Shown here piece after piece: positions 23,701 through 38,700 of a stretch of 64,000 nucleotides of DNA. Under the pieces are notes generated by a model. That model was given only the letters and a program-made list of their open reading frames with translations, was not told the origin of the DNA and made no database searches. Source of the stretch: Phoronis australis (taxonomy: Eukaryota; Animalia; Phoronida); NCBI GenBank assembly GCA_002633005.1, contig NMRA01000418.1, positions 39,896 through 103,895 on the forward strand, in the 5' to 3' direction. The position numbers and the translations under genes were made by a program. Position 1 is the stretch's first letter. Each line of letters begins with the position of its first letter.

Positions 23701-26700
23701 ATTGACACATTCATTGCTTTATTTGAATAGCCCACATTATGTACGCTGTTAATGCTTTCAATGTTGACGCTCTTCTACCTTTGCCTAAATTAAATATTGT
23801 TAACGGCATAAAAGCACTATTAACAGCATAAATGAACTGTTTAATGCAATAAATTAACCTTTAATGGTGTTAATCAATTATGTACGAGTAAATAACTTTT
23901 AACTGCATCAATTAATTATTTGCAGAGCAAATCTATTGTTGGACAAACGAGTGAAAATGGTAGGCACGTAAATTAACTTCAATCTAATGTCATTAAAAAT
24001 AAATTTGTGACGCAAGTAATCAACTTATAATGCAAAGAATGACTTTCAGCTGCTAAAAGTAATAGATGCGTTAGTAATTAATTTTCGACGTTATAAGATA
24101 ATTTGTGCCGCAAATAATTGATATAGGTGTGAAAGTGCTAATAAAGAATTCATCCAATTAAAAGTTAATTTACGCTGTTTCTGAGAATTTTTGCACAATT
24201 TATGTGGCCAACGATATTCTTCAACTCTCTCACATTTGTGCAAAGCCTCATTTCTGCAACACCGAGTGCATGGCAAACTTTTATGAGTCAGTTATCATCT
24301 CCAATGGGTCACCAATAATGTCAATAATGTTTTATGGTTACAACCAAGGCTGATATGCAGATTTGTCAAGCAAAGCAGGGCTTAAGTGTGGCCACAACAT
24401 CTAAGCATTGACTCATTTTCATGACGTGCATTTTATACTGGTCAAAAGTTCAAGCCGTCAAAATTACACAATCATGGTTTGTTGCGGCATGCTGCCATGA
24501 GTGAAGCATTTTAAAAACAATATTAAACATTCATCAGATACTTTGTCATAATTCTATTTCATGTTAAGCTATATCTTCTTATTCCACAGCATACGTGAGG
24601 AGACTGACAATATAATTAAAGCTGGTAAAACAGCAAAATGATATCGAGAGATGAAGTCAATCTACTTTCAAAACGATTAGTCAACCGGACAAAATTTTAA
24701 ATCAATCTTGATGCTGAAGTCGCCTTAAAAGCTAACAACATATCATACCACGCAAAACTTTCACCAACCACTGTTTGTGGTATGGGGACCGTTGCTAAGC
24801 TCATCATTCCGAACTAAGATAATTATTAAAATCTCAAATAGCCCTGTTTCTGCGAGGCGCGATTGTACTTTGTAGGAAAAAGAAGTGAAAGCATGAAATG
24901 AAGAAGAATATATATTAAAATTTGAAAACCAAAGCCAAAACCAAAATGAAACATGTTTCTGTAACATAATTGATACAGATTGTATTGTCATCGTATCGAC
25001 AAATACAGCAGTTTAAGAGAACACGTTTTGCACTCAATTCATCAGAGTAAAAACAAATGGAAACACATCTACTTAATGTAAATAGACCTTAAGAAGAAAT
25101 GCTCTTCAGAGAATAAGTCGTTCAGGGTTAGGCCACGATACAATTCCGATTTCCCAATTCCTTATACCATTTCCGCAACATTTGGAAAAAATATATTAGA
25201 AAATGTCATCATAGTCTAAAAACTGTCCTAAAACAACGAGACACGCCTCACACGCATGTCTGTTGTTATCCATAAAAGTGACCACAGGATAGTTGATCAA
25301 GAAAACATTGAGTTCGTAAAAGATTTACAGTTTGAACAAATCAAATGCAATAATAAGAAAATGATATTAATCGTTCTTGTGAAATTGGCATATGGGTGAG
25401 CACACTTAATTTTTGAACTAGAGTAAAACATCGACGTACCTCCACCTTCTCCATTTCCAGTTGGTTTAACGGTATCTGTAAACCATAATTTAGCTTTACA
25501 TTAAATGCTCTTGTAAAAGTGGAGTCTCCACACTAATAGAAACACAAGTGACAAAAAGTTACTGTACGCGAATGAAACACGGAATATTAATCTATTCTGC
25601 TCAGTGTTGGTAGAATGAGCATACAGGCTACAGTTGACACCTATCTTGTGTTCAGAAGGACCATGGCACAAAATTCGAGAGCTCATGCCACGGCTGAAAC
25701 TCACGCCAATCACTTCAAATCACATACCCAAAGCAAAGGGTTTTCTGGGGTAAAGGTTCTTGATCATGCCAAACTTAATCATTGAGACGATTCATTTACA
25801 GGCTCTGAATGCTGGGGTGTCATTCGATAGGAAATTTTGAACATACAGGTAGCTTCCTTTTTCCTTTCCCAGCATTTCTTACTTCTCACTTGGTCAAACA
25901 TTCTTTTAAAAGCGACATATGGTCAGCCTACATTCATGATTTTTGTTCAGTGATCAAAGTTAATTTTGAGAAAGAGAAAAAAATTTCATACCTCCACCTT
26001 TTCCATTTTCTGTTGGCTTAACGGTATCTGTAAATCATAATTTAGTTGCACCATAAATATTTTTATACAATGTACGTATCCATACTTCGAGGTTGAGGCT
26101 CAACAGAAATGAAAATGCAATTGGTGAAATTTTGTATTCTGTGTACAGGTATGTTTGCTTTTTCTAATTTATACTAAACTGAAAGAAATGATACTAAAAT
26201 TTAGTGGCAAAGGCGTTCAGCAATTTTTGTTATCTTAGTACCAAAAAAATTGTTCATCAGTAGACTGGGAATCATGACATGTCTGACATAGTCATAGCTC
26301 CACCATGTGGATTAGCTTCTAAAAGTACGCAATACAACAACTTCCGTGATGGAGCAGGAGTACTTTCAAACAAATGATGATCTAACAAAATCTGTTAACA
26401 GAGAAGTCCTACCAGCAAATGAATAAAAAAACAACAGCCAAATAGGAAAATGAATTTGCTTTCACAAGATGCATATGAAATAAAAATCCCCATCATGCTT
26501 ACGACTATTATGTAATTAAAACATCTTTGTTTTTTGGAGTACACGCACTTATAAATGTATTAGCGTAAAATCAATAAAAGACAGTTATGATACTTGGCGT
26601 TTCCCAAAGAGGACCCTTCAACGAAGTGTACAATTCTGTTTTCTCCATTCCTTGCACCATTTCTCCAACATTTGAAGACTTTATGTTTTCAGGAATGTCA

Positions 26701-29700
26701 TAATAGTTTGAACATACGGACCCATTAGCAGTTCGTACAAGGGGATTTACAGTTTCGAATAAAGACTCGAATTGCGTTGATAAGAAACTAATGCTGTTAA
26801 TGTTTGAAATGAAAGAGGGGTATTGTCTGTCTAATGTTAAGTTTTTAAATTTGAGAAAAATATCGACATACCTCTACCTTCTTCACTTCTAGTTGGCTTA
26901 GTAGTGTCTGCAAATTATATTATGATGTTAAGTATTCATATCTGTAAGCAGAAGTTTGTGCATGAGAAATGCGCCCATGAATGCACCGCAAACGGTCTGC
27001 TTCGAGGGATGTTTAATTATATTCCAAAATGACCACTAGATGGCGCAAAATATGCCAATCTGAAAATAGCAACATGTCAGTGTTTCTTTAATGGAAAGAT
27101 ATTTACCAAATTTCATAAAAAATCACCAAAGAACGTCAGAGAAATTTAGGAAAACTTCCACAAGGGGGTACAGCTTTTGCTGGGTCTATCCTCAAGTCGT
27201 CGTCCATTGTCAACGTGATATAACTACAATTGCTAAATTAAACAAAGATTCTGCAGTGGGTTTAGGAGATGCAAAAAATGCCCCTCGATCCATGACCCAT
27301 GAGGTGCGACCCACCTACCCATGAACTGTGGCGATAGAGGTATCTGTGCCTTTTTTATCTATTACAAAATCTTATTACGTCGCTGGGAACCTTTCCTATA
27401 AGACATACCTTCACGCGAGTCTGCTCTGGCTGAAGTCTGGTGATAGGAAACAGAAAGTACTTTGAATTACCTGTGCCAATCAGACCTGTGAATTTGAAGT
27501 GTTTAGCTCAAAATCTTAGTTTGCACCTCATGACCTTTGACCTGTTGAATGACCCAATTGCTTAAAAAAGTAATTTTTTAAATTGCCTTAATGACTTATA
27601 CCTGTGTACCGGACATGAAAGAAAAGCTTTTAAAATAGAGTAGCATTTTGAAAATTGTATGACCTTTGCATCAAATCACCTCTTCCGGTGCAATATGGAT
27701 TATGATTATATAATGAATCAAAATTTATGTACTTTTAAAAAATGATATGCTGAATTGAAAGAACGTAGCTCTACCCAGTTTGGAATTATTAAGTCTCAAA
27801 TTTGGTCGGAAGAAGAATAATAGTAAGAAAAATAAGAATAAGTCTAAAATTGAAGAAAACCCAAGAACAACAGTACTCTGCGCTTGCACGCGCAGAGTAA
27901 ATATGCAAAGGTTAACCTGCATTTGTACACACTGAAGTGCATGTACTCTGAATGCTTATCATTTCTGACTTAAGGTTTTCTTTATAATAGTTCCATGGTA
28001 TAAACAGTGGACACGAAGCCAAATGTCATTTTAAAGGAATTGACCACTGCTAATTTAGATGTTCCATTATTGCACCAAACAGTGTAGGGAATGCGCACAA
28101 CACCCAAACTGTGGCAGTAAGATGCCCATGAATGGTTGGCACAGTGCGCTATTATTTTAATTAATGCCTTACATCAATCCGAATTATCTTACAAAATTCG
28201 TTAATGTCAACCATATTTTATTTACATCATATATAAACAAGAATAACCTGATCCACCACTAATCTATTGATAATTGACATCAATCGTATTTATGTCTCAC
28301 ATAAGTTAGCAAATGAAAATCGTTGACACATTCATTGCTTTATTTGAATAGCCCACATTATGTACACTGTTAATGCTTTCAATGTTGACGCTCTTCTACC
28401 TTCGCATAAATTAAATATTGTTAACAGCATAAAAGCACTATTAACAGCATAAATGAACTTTTTAATGCATAAATTAACCTTTTATGGTGTTAATCAATTA
28501 TTTACGAGTAAATAACTTTTAACTGCATAAATTAATTTTTTGCAGAGCAAATCTATTGTTGGACAAATGAGTGAAAATGGTAGGCACGTAAATTAACTTC
28601 AATCTAATGTCATTAAAAATAAATTGGTGACGCAAGTAATCAACTTACGATGCAAAGAATTACTTTCAGCTGCTAAAACTAATTGAGGCGTTAGTAATTA
28701 ATGTTCGACGTTATAAGTTAATTTGTGCCGCAAATAATTGATATAGGTGTGAAAGTGCAAATAAAGAATTCATCCAATTAAAAGTTAATTTACGCTGTTT
28801 CGGAGAATTTTTGCACAATTTATGTGGCCAACGACATTCTTCAACTCTCTCACATTTGTCCAAAGCCTCATTTCTGCAACATAGAGTGCATGGCAAACTT
28901 TTATGAGTCAGTTATAAACTTCACTGGGTCACCAATGATGTCAAGAATGTTTTATGGTTACAACCAAGGCTGATATGCAGATTTGTCAAGCAAAGCAGGG
29001 CTTATGTGTAGCCACAACATCTAAGCATTGACTCATTTTCATGACGTGCATTTTATACTGGTTAAAAGTTCAAACCGTCAAAATTACACAATCATGGTTT
29101 GTTGCGGCATGCTGCCATGAGTGAAGCATTTTAAAAACAATATTAAACTTTCATCAGATACTTTGTCACAATTCTATTTCATGTTAAGATATATCTTCTT
29201 ATTCCACAGCATACGTGAGGAGACTGACAATATAATTAAAGCTGGTAAAACAGCAAAATGATATCGAGAGATGAAGTCAATCTCCTTTCAAAACGATTAG
29301 TCAACAGGACAAAATTTTAAATCAATCTTGACCCTGAAGTCGCCTTAAAAGCAAACAACACATCATACCATGCAAAACTTTCACCAACCACTGTTTGGGA
29401 TGTGGGGACTGTTGCTAAGCTCATCATTCCGAACTAAGAAAATTATTAAAATCTCAAATAGCCCTGTTTCTGCGAGGCGCGAATGTACTGTGTATGAAAA
29501 AGAAGTGAAAGCATGAAATCAGGAAGAATATGTATTAAAATTTGAAAACCAAACATGTTTCTGTAACATAATTGATACAGATTGTATTGTCATCGTATCG
29601 ACAAATACACCAGTTTAAGAGAACACGTTTTGCACTCAATTCATCAGAGTAAAAACAAATGGTAACACATCTACTTAATGTAAATAGACCTTCAGAAGAA

Positions 29701-32700
29701 ATGCTCTTCAGAGAATAAGTCATTCAGCGTTAGGGCACGATACAATTCCGATTTCCCATTTCCTTAAACCATTTGGAAAAATATTTTAGAAAATGTCAAA
29801 ATAGTCTGAAAACTGTCCTAAAACAACGAGACACGCCTTACACGCATGTCTATTGTTATCCATAAAAGTGACCACAGGACAGTTGATCAAGAAACATCGA
29901 GTTCGTAAAAGATTTACAGTTTGAGCAAATCAAATGCATTAATAAGAAAATGATATTAATCGTTCTTGCAAAATTGGCATATCAGTGAGCACACTTGATT
30001 TATGAACTAGAGCAAAACATCAACGTACCTCCACCCTCTCCATTTCCAGTTGGTTTAACGGTATCTGTAAACCATAATTTAGCTTTACATTAAATGTTCT
30101 TGTAAAAGTGGAGTCGCCACACAAATGGAAACACAGGTGACAAAAAGATACTGTGCGCCAATGAAACACGGAATTTTAATCTAGTCTGCTCAGTGTTGGT
30201 AGAATGAGCATACAGGCTACAGTTGACACCTATCTTGTGTTCAGAAAGACTACATGTATGGCACAAAATTCGAGTGGTCATGCCACGGTGAAACTCACGC
30301 CAATCACTATAAATCACATACCCACAGCAAATGGTTTTCTGGGGTTAAGGTTGTTGATCATGCTAAACTTAATCAGTGAGACTATTCACATACAGGCCCC
30401 TGAATGCTGGGATGTCATTCAATAGGAAAGTTTGAACATACAGGTAGCTTCCTTTTTGCTTTCCCAGCATTTCTTACTTCTCACTTGGTGAAAAATTCTT
30501 TTAAAAGTGACATATGGTCAGCCTGCATTACTGATCTGTGTTCAGTGATCAAATTTAATTTTGAGAAAGAGAAAAAAATTTCATAACTCCACCTTTTCCA
30601 TTTTCTGTTGGCTTAACGGTATCTGTAAATCAGAATTGCGTTGCACCATAAATACTTTTATACAATGTACGTATCCATACTTCGAAGTTGAGGTTCAACA
30701 GAAATGAAAATGCAATTGGTGAATTTTGTAGTTTGTGTACAGGTATGTTTGCTTTTTCTAATTTATACTAAACTGAAAGAAATGATACTAAAATTTAGTG
30801 GCAAGGGCGTTAAGAACTTTTTGTTATCTTAATACCAAAAAACTTGTTCATCACTAGACTGGGAATCATGACACGTCTGACACAGTCATAGCGCCACCAT
30901 GTGGATTATCTTTTAAAAGTACGCATTGTAAAAAAATCTGTGATGGAGCAGGAGTACATTTGAACAAATGATGATCGAACAAAATCTGTTCACAGAGAAG
31001 TTCTACACCAAATGCCTCGATGAGAGAAAGTTGGATAAACTCATGAGAAAAGTGGATTGTAGCCAAGCAAGCTGCAAATGAAATAAAAATCCCCATTCAT
31101 GCATACTACTATTACGTAATTGAAATGTCTTTGTTTTTGGAGTACACGCGCTTATAAATGTATTAGCGTAAAATCAATAAAAGACAGTTATGATACTTGG
31201 CGTTTCCCAAAGAGGACCCTTCAACGAAGTGTACAATTCTGTTATCTCCATTTTTTGCACCATTTCTCCAACATTTGGAAGAAATTATGTTTTCAGCAAT
31301 GTCATAATAGTTTGAACATACGGACCCATTAGCAGTTCGTACAAGGGGATTTGCAGTTTCGAAGAAAGACTTGAACTGCGTTGATAGGAAACTGATGCTG
31401 TTAATGCTTGAAATGAAAGAGAGGTAATGTCTGTCTAATGTGAAGTTTTTAAATTTGAGAAAAATATTAACATACCTCCACCTTCTTCACTTCCAGTTGG
31501 CTTAGTAGTGTCTGCAAATTGTAATTAAGTTTTATGATGTTAAGTATTCATATCTGTAAGCAGAAGTTGGTGCATGAGAAATGCGCCCATCAATGCACCG
31601 CAAACGGTCTGCTTCGAGGGATGTTTATTTATATTCCAAAATTACCACTAGATGGCGCAAAATATGCCAATCTGAAAATAGCAGGGGTACTTTTGAACAA
31701 ATGACGATCTAACAAAATCTGTTCACAGAGAAGTCCTACACCAAATGCCTCGATGAGAGAAAGTTGGATAAACTCATGAGAAAAGTGGATTGTAGCCAAA
31801 CAAGCTGCAAATGAAATAAAAATCCCCATTCATGCATACTAATTTTACGTAATTGAAATGTCTTTGTTTTTGGAGTACACGCGCTTATAAACATGCTATG
31901 AACATTCCCACTAAATAAAATTGGTTCTAACCCCGGTGTTTAAGGTACACGGCGGGGTATGGAAAATTGAACTAGACCGTATTTATCCACCTTGGCTGAG
32001 ACGCGCTCGGCTCATGCTCAAAGGGAAGCCGCCAAGCTGCTCTATTCATCGAGTCACGAGCGAGGATAATTGACCTAGCTCATGCGGATATGATCAGCTG
32101 ATTACAGTCTAGCCTAACAACTGTATTTTTTATGGAGAGAATTTTACGTAGTTTTTACTGTAATATTTGAAAAGAGGAGCGAAAACAAATATGAGTACAA
32201 CTTTGAATTTTTCAAATCGGCCCAGGATAAGAGATTTTGCAACACAGCAACACTCACGATTACTTTCATTCGGCGCGCACTAATACAAAAATATAGGACC
32301 CAAGTTATTTAGATTTTGGAACACATGCATTGCAATATTCAAAATACTTTTATTATGAATCTTACAAGCTGTAAAACGACGTTGTTAATTTCATTGTGTT
32401 CATTCATTGTCATCCGTCAAATCGGCAATTTCCGAGATGTGATCTGCGGCGTGCGCGTATGTGTACAAAACACGTGATTGTTATGTTCCTGAAGTACGAA
32501 AATTAAGAAGGCTTTAACATGCCGTTATTATTGACAGGGACACGATAAAACGAATTTGGATTTTGACTATAGTCTTGATACAGCGATCTGACTGACCACT
32601 GCGTCAGTGTCTCCGTTAGACCCAGAAATTTCACACAGCCCGGGTAGTTCATTTCGTCCCCAACATGTAGATCGAGCCTTGGACTATTAATACTCCACGG

Positions 32701-35700
32701 CAGAGCTAACGACAGTCGGCCTGTGCACACAAAATCTGTGAGTTAACCAGCACTCACCTTGCACGTTACAGCCGTTTAAGTGAAAAACAATCTAGTAAAC
32801 GCCATTTTCTTGCATAATCCTCCGCCTTTTGTAACAAAAAAGTCTATCGTCGATGACCCGCACACGCACGCTCACTCACTCTCATACACAGACGACCTTC
32901 AAAACAAACGTCACGTGACAACAACATGTGTGTTCATCCAGAGATTTTTCTCTTGTTGTGGAGTACGATGTAGCGCACATTTGGACTTAATCGCAATTAA
33001 TCTGGACTCCACATGAACTTTAAAAATTGTAAAACATCAGGAAGATTTCAGGTAATTTGTTGAGTCGAAACTATATTTTTATTCAAGAGTACAAGTTTTC
33101 CTATTGACGATGGCGATTCAGCGGCGACGCATCAGTCGGCAAGTTTTCGCCCTGTGATGAGCACAATTTTTTGAAAGATTATCGTAATTTAACAACGGAA
33201 GTTCATAGCAATGCACCACAATTTTGTAGAAAGACTGTCATAGGCTAAAATTCGTCACAAAGCGTAAATTTTATGAATCCTAGCTTCCGATTTTACCCGT
33301 TTGGGAAACCGGCTTTCAACTGCCGTAGGCTACAATAAGAATCCCCTCCCCGTGAAATGATTTTTTCTAAGCGTTTATTAGAGCCAATACAGTATACAGC
33401 TTTCCACCAAGGCTAGATGATACTACAACACTATTCTTTGTTGCATTAGTAACTGGTCTTGGCTAATATTATCATTTTATTCACCTCTTTCACGAAAGAG
33501 GGGCGCTGCTGTCGTATTGATCGAAAACGAGGCGCTTTGACAAACATGGCATCGTCCTGCAAGGTGGTGTGGTCAAAAGACTTATCAACGTTACCAAAAA
33601 TCAAGCTGTCTGATGTTGAATCGATCTCCAAAAAACATACCAATACGCACAAGAGCTCCCTTCAAAGAGGATATCGTTTCTTTTATGATTCGTATGTCCA
33701 TGACATCGGAGGTAAGCGTAATTTCGATGTGTATGTTGCTCGTTCGTGCGACGAGTAGTACTAAATTAAGCAAGAGTAGTTGAGCCCATTTAATTATTTT
33801 TGTATCGTCTTTTAAAGTTTGAAAAATAGTTAAATATTATTCGAAACTGTAATTATTTTCTTCATTGACCCAATGATAACGTAATTTAAAAACTCGATTT
33901 GTTTACTCGCCATTTTTATGAGATTCGTCTCTTGGGCCTACCGATTCTGTTGACTGGTCTTGGGAGAGACTCGGGCTCTCAGCAAGTTAGTGTCAGCGTG
34001 ACAGTGCCTAAGCCTCTCTAAGGCAAACGATTTATGAGTCAGACTTAAGATTTCTACTAGATTGACCATCTATTTTTCAGTTACAAGGTCAGGCCAAGAG
34101 TTAACATTATCACCTTGGTCTGAGAGTTATCGAGGCAGGCCTATCAACGGGCCCAGTTAGGTTTACCAATACCAGGTACTCAAGTAGTCGATAAGGAACT
34201 AAGGCTGTTTTTAAACATCTGAGCCTTTGCCCGCAACAAGTTTTACTCCTTCTGTACTTTTGAAAATGATGATGTGAAAGGTTCCTAAAGTGTACCATTT
34301 TCAATAACCATTGATTTCTTGTTTCAGTCCAAAGTGATCTTGCTCTGTCTCATCACAGTGTTCGAGCAAAGTGTTTTCAAAGTCAAAAGAAGTCTGGAAC
34401 ACCTCATTCTCTTCGAGTAAGTATTACACGTGTTATCTTTTATGTTGTTAGTATACTGCTGCTTTACTTCTAAAACTAGTTTGCGTAATTTACTAGAGTG
34501 TTGAAGGAAAGTTTTTCAGGGTCTTGCTGATGCTCTATTTATGACGTGTTTGTACAATTTGTGGTAAATGCCAGATTACTAGTAAGATTTGCAGAGCTCC
34601 TAGGCTATAAAAAGTCTATTGGCCGTAGCAACTTAACCTGTAACATCATGACAAATTATTCACCTTATCCCCTTACCCACAAACTATTGTAACATAATTT
34701 TTAATTTTCGCTTTTCAGATTGGTTTCACCAACGAGTGGGAGATAACATCACACACTTGTACGTGCAAAGCTGGAAAAGGATTCTGTCAACATAAAGTGG
34801 CACTCCTGTACCAACTGAGCCACTTTCAACAACTCCAGATCAACAAGGTGCCTGAAATAGTTTCATCCACTTCTACCCCTCAACATTGGCACGTCCCCCC
34901 ACGAACACATGGTTTTGCTACCCGCCCTGTGACGGATGTGACGGTTATAAAACCAGTTATCCCTTCTGCTGTAGATCCACTCCCCAAGAAAGGCCGTCAT
35001 GAAGATGGAGTCCGAGCAAACGTGTGGAACCCAATGCCAGTGCCACTCAGTGATGTTCAGCACAAAGTTAAGCAACTATTGCCTGCATTTAATGCTCAAT
35101 CTGCACCACCACAATGGGTACACCTGTGGAGTCTAATGGAGGACATGACCTTGGTAGATAGTAAATTTGGTCAAGTACCAAAGGGGTCTTTGCTATCTTA
35201 TCAGGAGAAGCCTGATCAAGTTTGTGTTTTATTTGGACCAGAGAACCCTCCTGCCTTCAATTTGCCTGCGTTAACATTACATTTCGATCCGCATTCACTT
35301 CCTGGTGATCAACAAGTAATCTACCGATCGAAAGAAACATCTGTAATGGAGTCACAACAGTATGAAAAAGACACCAGAGCACAAAATAAATGCCAAGAGT
35401 GGTATCAGTTGAGAAGGCATCGGATAACGGCTTCCCATTTCAAGGCCATAACGTCAAGGAGAGGCCGCTTTGAAGCTCTTGCTGTGGACCTGTTAAAGAA
35501 AAAGACTGTTGTCACAGAGGCGATGCAGTTTGGCATTGACAATGAAGCTGTTGCTGCTGCTAAATATGCATCAGATTTTGGCCGTGACATACATGAAGTC
35601 GGTTTCGTAATAAACCCATCAGTCCCTCATTTAGGATGCAGTCCAGACAGGCGCGTCTACGACCCCGACTCTAATCCCAAATGGGGACTTCTTGAAATCA

Positions 35701-38700
35701 AGTGTACGAAAAAAGACAGCGTGACGGAGGTAGATTATTTGAAGGCAGGAGAAAATGGTTTAGAACTAAGAACAAGTCACAAGTACTACGAACAATGTAT
35801 CGGTCAACTTGGTATTACTGGTGAAACATGGTGCGACTTCTACGCCTTAGCTAGAAATGACTTTCACTTAGAACGTGTATATTTTGACGAGGCATTTTTT
35901 AATGCTATGCAAGTTAAGTTAGATAATTTTTATGCCAGGTATTTTCTACCAGCTGTTGTTGATAAAGGTGTTGTCTAGACGAATTTTTGTACAATGGAGC
36001 TCAATTTGTACAGCTATGGTAGCATCAAAGCCTTTTTAATTTCACTGGGAATACACTTTATTTACGCAGTCGCCATTTCAAAGGTGAGCCTCTTTTTAAG
36101 TTTTAAAACTGATGGGTTCTGCACTTAATCACAGTCCAAAGCATGAAGTTTTTCGCAAGTGTCATTAATATTTATGTCTAAAAGAGGTTCACTTTTAAAA
36201 ATGGCGATTGTGTAAATAATGTCTATGAGGTCGATATTTTGAACGTATTGTGATTTGACTCGCTGTACATAATTTACTGTTCCGGAATATATAAAACGAG
36301 TCTTGAAAAGATTTGTTGCTTAAGTCCGTTAAAATTTTTTTTGTTTTTGGAATGGTGTAATTGTCATCTTGCACCCTTTGCCTAAATTTCTTCTCGAACA
36401 GCATTCCATTTTAGGTTTAAGACCACTTTCATGATGTAATTAAAACGATGTGAAAAGAGCATCTGCTGTCATGCACTAGGAGCCACATTTTAATGTACTT
36501 GGTGGTTAGCTAAACCAGAAGAAGTGCTCCTTCAAAGATATTCTTTACTTTGTACTGTGCAGTACTTGCTGCTCTGGAACACGGAATAAGTTTTGTCAGT
36601 CAATAGATGTCACTAAAATACAATCAATTCATGAAGTCGAAACCCTGCATGTGTTTGCGTTATTTTAATATCAATTATATAACGTTATTGAGAAGTGGGC
36701 AGTATCGCTTAAGTCTCTTTAAACGTGCAGCCATTTCAGCCCTTAGTATCGTCAACACCACATCAACCAGATTGAACTTGACTCACCCACTTCAGAGACT
36801 GAACTGCACATGTTCAACAGCTAAGAGAATTTGAATGCCTCTCATGGGCGGCATTTTTGGTGTGCTGCCACCAAAAAAAATAATTAAATCAGTGGCGGAC
36901 CTAGGATATCATAAGGGGGGCCAACATTGTGTCTCGGGGAATCACACAAAGTATGATTGCGCAGACACATCCAGCCTAAAATATAGGCGGGGGGCTCGAA
37001 TTTCTGAGGAGACCGATTGCGACGGCACTGGCCACCCCACACACACAAACTGAAACTTGTTAAATCTTGTTTCAGCAGCATGTTAATTACTCGGGTTAGT
37101 TCATAAACTCAATATTCCCTTGCGCTCTGGCTGTTCCATTTTTTTCTGCCAATGTAAATTCAGTTTCCTTATAAAAAATGAAACGAAACAGCATTTGTTG
37201 CACTAACGTTTCGACTGAAATGGTTTGCAGTGAAATGAAGCTCACAGTGTATATTTGAATAATATTGAAGACATTACTGACATGTAGAATGGAGGGCAAA
37301 TATTGTCGTAGGTACGAGTTGAAAAAAATAACGCATGAAGTTTTAAATGTCTTATTAAACAAGGTCACATTGTACATCTTATTATTTACAAGTTGGTCAC
37401 ATACATGTAACAGCAGTTCTCAGCGACACTACACATTAACAGCACATGTAACAATGATTCAGTGCTAACTTAAAATAAGTCACCTTGAAAGTTGGTTATA
37501 AGACAGCATACAGACCATATTTGGTTTACAGAGCCAGTCAGTGCAAGTGGTATAACACGCTTGAATATGCCGAAGCATTTAACCCTACGGATTGCCCGCT
37601 CCACATGAACTCTAAGACGAGCAATTGCTTGAGTTTCTGACACTTCACCAGCTTCAAACTGTGAACGTTCTGATAAGAAGGCAGGGATAACAAGATTTAC
37701 ACCATGCTGCTCGAGTAAATCACCAATCAGAAATCCCTTATCTACCATCACTGTGTCGCCATTTTCCAATAACTCTAAAATGCCAGAGACTTTGGTGATA
37801 GCTTTATCTGAAATTGAACCAGGGTAGAGCTTAGACACAAAGGAGACTGCCCCTGAAGGAGCGATTCCAACAAGGGCTTTAAGTGTAGCTCTACCCTTGT
37901 AGTGCGAGTAAAATTCTGAGCTCAGCACCAAACTTGATGGTTTCTGCACCCATACCTCAGTGCAATCGAGTATTACCCTTGTTCTGCTGTACCTAGGAAT
38001 AAACACATCGGGCATGTGCTTGTCCACTTGTGCTCTAGACGCCCAAAGTGGAAGGGAGCCCAAAAAGAAATACAAATAATTAACCCATGACAACACTATT
38101 CTTGACACAGTCGCTTCGCTTACTTGGTAAATATCAGCAAGCTCCTTGTCACAGTTGCCAACTCTTAACCGCCTCAGTACAAGTGTGAACTGATCAATAA
38201 GAGATAAGTTCTGAGGGTAAAACCCAACTCGTGTTTGCTTTGACTCGCCAGTCAAGCGACGCCGGTACTGAGTATACCTGACCATGTTTACAGCAGTAGG
38301 TTCAATAACCTGAAAGAACAATAACAGAGTCTGATAGTCCTTGAAACCTGTGTAAAACATCACAGAACTGTTGTCTCCAGCGAGACGATTAACAATGTTT
38401 GTTTTACCCTCAGCAATCTCCAACTTCGCCGTTAATCTAGCAATCTCGTCTCGGGCAGCAGCAAGCATATCGTCCTTGGACTGGGGCTCAACAGTATAGT
38501 CATGGTCAGGAAGACTGCAGAAAGTGGCCAGTGAAACACTGTTGGTAGCTTCTTCCTCTAAAGACTCGTCACTTCGTGGTGAAAGTTCACAGGCTACTTG
38601 GTAAAAATCCAATGGCTCTGTAGCTGTGTCAACCTCAGTCTGAGTGCTGAAAATAACAATGAAAACGGTTAGATTGTGTCACATGAAACAGTATCACAAA

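Noticed and set aside
34797-35978. Phage or viral recombinase, or bacterial contamination
   Set aside because: The gene has spliceosomal introns and lies inside a TIR/TSD-bounded eukaryotic transposon.
36890-37031. hAT-like MITE (CAGTGGCGG...CGGCACTG) inside the ISL2EU spacer
   Set aside because: The IR is short and imperfect, and there is no 8-bp TSD.
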